The notes under the pieces are model-generated. The model was not told the origin of the DNA and made no database searches. It worked only from the letters and a program-made list of their open reading frames with translations. 41,292 nt of DNA from Sphaeroforma arctica JP610 (lineage: Eukaryota), in NCBI RefSeq assembly GCF_001186125.1, contig NW_014039750.1, forward strand, positions 1-41,292. The letters run 5' to 3'. The translations under genes and the position numbers were made by a program. Positions 37,359 through 41,292 of this stretch are shown piece after piece (position 1 is the stretch's first letter; every line of letters starts with the position of its first letter).

Positions 37359-38261
37359 TGTAAAAATAGCGGGTTCCTAATAGTAGTTGCTCAGTTTACG
37401 TATATTATAAGCGTATTAACGTATTAGCGTATATACCTATAAAACTGGAATACGTTTAACGGATTGGACATGAACAAGGATTGAGATACTCAAGATTCTG
37501 AACATATGATAGTACTCAGTAGAGTATGGGACTTTAATGTGGACAATTATGTGGTTTTCCAAATCTAGATTGGTTTTGTTCCACTGAAATTAGAATTGTA
37601 CATAATATAGGAATGATACAAAGCTGACACCTGAAAATGACACTTTGGGAATCTCTAATTAACGGGAGTACCATGAGGGTCTCAGGCATGCAATGGTTGT
37701 TGGTACAAACCTATGGTATAATTCGATAATAATCTAAGAGCACGATAGTCCAATGAGAAAAGGACAGGATCAGAGTTGTTAGAATTTAGGACTACCTGGC
37801 TTTGATTCCTCCTAGCCAGCCAAGTAGATGTGCCCGTCTATGCCTTAAATGGGATGGGGAGCTAGGCACCAAGTGATGGGGTATAGGTGCAGTTATATAC
37901 TGCACCAGCTTGATGTTTTGATTTTATTTTTGATTTTTCTTAAGTTGGACTTAGAGATATTTTATTGTTTATTTTGAGTAGATAATTGTTTCGAGGCGTG
38001 AAATGTAAAATATGCGTCCAATGAAATGATATCTAGTCTTAGTAACTAAAACATAAATAAATCTAGACCGAAGTAGTGAGTGATTAGAGCGGAGCATATA
38101 GACAATAGTCTCAGTCTAAAATCCCCTAATCTTTTGCTCACTACCAAGGGCTGAAGCTAATCTTATTTTTACACTTTGCATTTTAGCGGTTTAAGGTATT
38201 GTCTTATTAACGTAAACGTCTTGGTATCGTATAGTCAGCCTAAAAGAGACCAACGTTTACA
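37359..38261 (+). repeat. 3' LTR of element A
   Basis: Starts TGTAAAAATAGCGGG just after the polypurine tract, ends GTTTACA; matches the 5' LTR. Confidence 0.95.
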
Positions 38262-38759
38262 TATATTTATATTTGCTAGTGTATTAACTTGACCTACATT
38301 TTTATGTCTATTTACAAATTAGACATGTGGTCATGAGCACTTAGTACTACTAGTGAAAATTCTTCAATAAAGAACAGCTAGAGGTACGTCCTGTGTGATC
38401 GAGAATATTAAGGGTCTTACCAAGAGGCAGTCCCGATTATTGTTACACAAGCTATCACTGCTAAAACCTAACTGACTTAAATTGTATCTTAGTTTATGCA
38501 ACATAGTTTAAATCATAGAAATACCCATCGAAGTTTACAGTTTCGTGCTGACAATTTTGCGTTCCACTGGGCTGATTTGCTATATCCCAGCTATACCGCT
38601 ATTAGGTAACTGGTCAGTTGGTGTCGTCTATTTTTGCGTTGGGTGTTGAAAAGCCCATTGCAGCTGCGATGTTGTTGCTACCTGTTGCTCTGCTCAAGAT
38701 TATCGACTTCTGATGCCGTCTGGACCGTTGTGTCATTAGTAGTGAACACAACAAATCAT

Positions 38760-39416
38760 TATTGGCCGTGAAAAATTTACATGTACACTTTAAAAGTAAT
38801 AGATGCATTCTCTCTCGCAAACCACTTGATGGAACAATCATAGACGCTCCGATTGTAAATAAAGAAATCAGAGCTTGAACACACAACGAATGCATCAGTT
38901 GTCAATTTTTTACACAATTTACAAAATATACCAAGAAAAGATCAGCCTTATACTGCGCTATCCATCGTTCGCATGAAATAGTTTTAACAGCAGCCTAGTG
39001 CGATACGACTCTACTCCCATGGGCATAATCCCACCGATAGACCGTTGCCCGCCATCTCTAAAGTCTTTTCAGAGAAAATAATTTTGGGAGTTCAATCTCT
39101 CTTGCTACAGGTACGCATCATCAAAGACAAAAGTGGGGGTACACCCTAGTACTGCAGTACAACTGTTTACAAACGTTTTGAAAACGCGGAGAACCTTCTT
39201 TTCCACAGTGTCTGTTGCAACACCATTCTTATGTTCACATATTCCCCTTGCTATCTCGGTGTGTGGTAGTATATGAATCAAACACAATACATCTACAAAG
39301 CAGTGCTTATTTTATGTCAGTGGTCTAATTACAGAGACGCGTGTTACAGTCGCTGTGTGTTTACTGATCGACTGATCGTCAACTTCTAAGACTTTTATTA
39401 ATTCAAGTATTTCCAT
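38760..39416 (-). pseudogene. Degraded XPG/FEN1/Exo1/Asteroid-type PIN-domain nuclease
   Basis: MEILELIKVL..NKHCFVDVLCLIH..GCTPTFVFDD (N region), then across frameshifts IAQYKADLFLVY and VVCSSSDFFIY (I-region EAD and DSD motifs, decayed). Confidence 0.55.
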
Positions 39417-41248
39417 CTTGAGAAAACAGGTCTATTCAACGCCCGATAAGTATCCATAGCGTGCTGGTACAAACCGGTACCGTAGCCGAGTTTATACTAC
39501 ACTGTATAAAAAGATATTAACCGTGTACTGTGTCTGGTGTGCGTGTATATTATCGTGTAATTCTTGTGTTGTTTTAGCGTGCAATCTGTGTGTTGTTTTA
39601 GCGTGCAATCCGTGTGTTGTTTACATAAATATAGGAATGTGTTCACTTGGTGTCCAAAAATTTCTATAGTCCCTGCTTGTTCTAAAAATATAACCATTTA
39701 TAGGTCTAATTCCCAGCCTGAACTCCGGGAAGTAGTACGAGACTCATGCTATGATCTGATGACCTTGAAATTCTCTACTCTAGAGAGAAAGAAAAAAATA
39801 GTCACAACGGACTAAAACGTTCGTAGGACATCGAATTTTGTTTTTGTTTTTGTTAACCTTTCTTTTTGTTGCGGTGTTTTTTTAAAAACAATTGGCATGG
39901 CAACCTGAGTACGGCCAGCAATCAAACTCGGTGACAGCCTGCCTGAAGGGTCCGGTCCTCAGGATGTCAGGTCACTCATGACTCAGGTGATCGTTGTGAC
40001 GTTGTCCTCCTGTGTACATAATTACTGTTATTAGAGCAACCTCAGTTAAAACTGCAGATTGTGAAGCTCCTGCCGGGTTGCCTTATAGGTGCACACGGCA
40101 CACATAGTGAGTTTCACAACCCCTATGAATATGCACTTGGCGTCTTGGCAGTTGGCAGTTGGCAGTTGGCAGTTGGAGTTGGCACAGGCCCACAGGTCAC
40201 ACTCCGAGTCGCGCACCCGTCGGACCGTCTGTTAGACTGAGCCTGAAAGGCTGACAGTCTGTGATCCTGTGAGACTGAGACTGTGACAGTTTGAGTGTAC
40301 CGGCTGACTTCTGTATAGACTATAGACTATATTTAGTATTGACTATAGACTATAGTGTATAATTTTTGTTGTTGGTTGTTTCAAAAAAAGAAAAGACGAA
40401 AACAGTCACTAAAAATAAAATAGATAGTAAACAACAACTGTTATTTTATTTTTAGAAAAATAAAATGCATTTGATTTTTACATACATAGCCTTCTTTAAT
40501 AAAGTCTAAAATGTAACATGTTTAATTTTTTATCGTTCGACAATTTCAATGGGGGTAAATATATTACCGGAAGTCGAAGAGCTGTGTATAAATGACTAAA
40601 TGTGTAAATATGGAGTAAAGAAGGCAGGCCAGCAGCTGACAGCTCACAGCAGCGGCAGGTTGACATCAGTGTGAGCAGTTGAGCACCGATGAACCGAATA
40701 TTCCTGCTGTGAGTCAGTGAGTGAGTCACAGTCCGAATTTCAGAATTTGCGACTGCTGGTGGACCAGCTGAGGCCCTGGGGCCTTTTCTATTTACTCTCT
40801 CTAGCTACTATTTATATAGTAGTAGAGAGAGGGTATGTAATCGATCGTTGTATTCGCCAAATTGATCTCTCGATCCTTTTACAGAGGCCATAATTTGCAC
40901 ACCGCTGCCGCAGTGCCAGCCCTCAAGTAACGATACGACAAAATATTTTTTTCGTAATACCATATACTTGTCAGGTAGTCACTAGTCACTCCACATATTG
41001 TGAATTAAGGACAGTACAAAACAAAAGAAATTCTTTAAAGCGAAAACACGCGCTAAAAGGTCAATTACAGATGCCGTCGGACGGACGCAAGGTGACAAAA
41101 ATTTGAAGAAATACATTGGGGCGACAACTACACTAAAAACGAAAGATGTGGCTGTATTGTATATTCACATTCATCGTGTACCAGGTATGCTATATCCCAT
41201 ATGACGTACTTTCTAGGACTAGACCATTGCAAAAGCTGGGCGACATTA

Positions 41249-41249
41249 T

Positions 41250-41292
<43 letters not shown>
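41249..41292. repeat. (TA)n(CA)n microsatellite
   Basis: Direct reading. Confidence 0.95.

Larger units (their letters stand above)
29574..38261 (+). mobile_element. Full-length Ty3/Gypsy (chromovirus-like) LTR retrotransposon 'A' carrying an adenine methyltransferase-like domain; inactivated by several stops and frameshifts
   Basis: Direct LTRs 29574-30468 and 37359-38261 (TGTAAAAATAGCGGG...TTTACA); PPT GAAGGGGGGGG just before the 3' LTR; TATA on both flanks (29570-29573, 38262-38265); domain order gag-PR-RT-RH-(MTase)-IN is Gypsy-type. Confidence 0.95.
28445..38539 (+). repeat. Solo LTR family C, outer copy, split into 28445-28681, ~29481-29573 and 38262-38539 by nested insertions
   Basis: TGTAGAAATACGG...CCATCGAAGTTTACA with GTTT on both flanks (28441-28444, 38540-38543); the pieces reassemble to the reverse complement of 28682-29281. 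Strand assigned by analogy with the A LTR start. Confidence 0.85.

Noticed and set aside
29574..38261. Classifying element A as DIRS because of the MT domain
   Set aside because: It has a protease, an H2C2/DDE integrase, direct TG..CA LTRs, a PPT and a TSD, and no tyrosine recombinase motifs were seen.

Overview
Repeat-dense eukaryotic genomic DNA (long GT/AT microsatellites, 20-N assembly gaps, no recognisable intact host gene), mostly nested and decaying retroelements. The central object is a full-length Ty3/Gypsy LTR retrotransposon at 29574-38261 (+) with TG..CA LTRs, a polypurine tract and a 4-bp TSD. Its pol reads protease-RT-RNase H-[DNA N6-adenine methyltransferase-like domain with DxFA and NPPW motifs]-H2C2/DDE integrase-chromodomain-like tail. 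That methyltransferase type is well known from DIRS1-like tyrosine-recombinase retroelements, but I do not know it as a standard part of DDE-integrase Gypsy elements. A second, strongly diverged Gypsy element (about 15770-20733, -) keeps the C-terminal half of the same domain at the same position, suggesting a lineage of methyltransferase-carrying Gypsy elements rather than a one-off. Also present: further Gypsy remnants, solo LTRs of several families (some nested with 4-bp TSDs, one flanked by a 72-bp duplication), a ~1-kb TIR element with an OTU-protease-like ORF fragment, a degraded XPG/FEN1-type PIN nuclease pseudogene and an unassigned 390-aa ORF. All protein calls come from motif recognition by eye; no database search was run.
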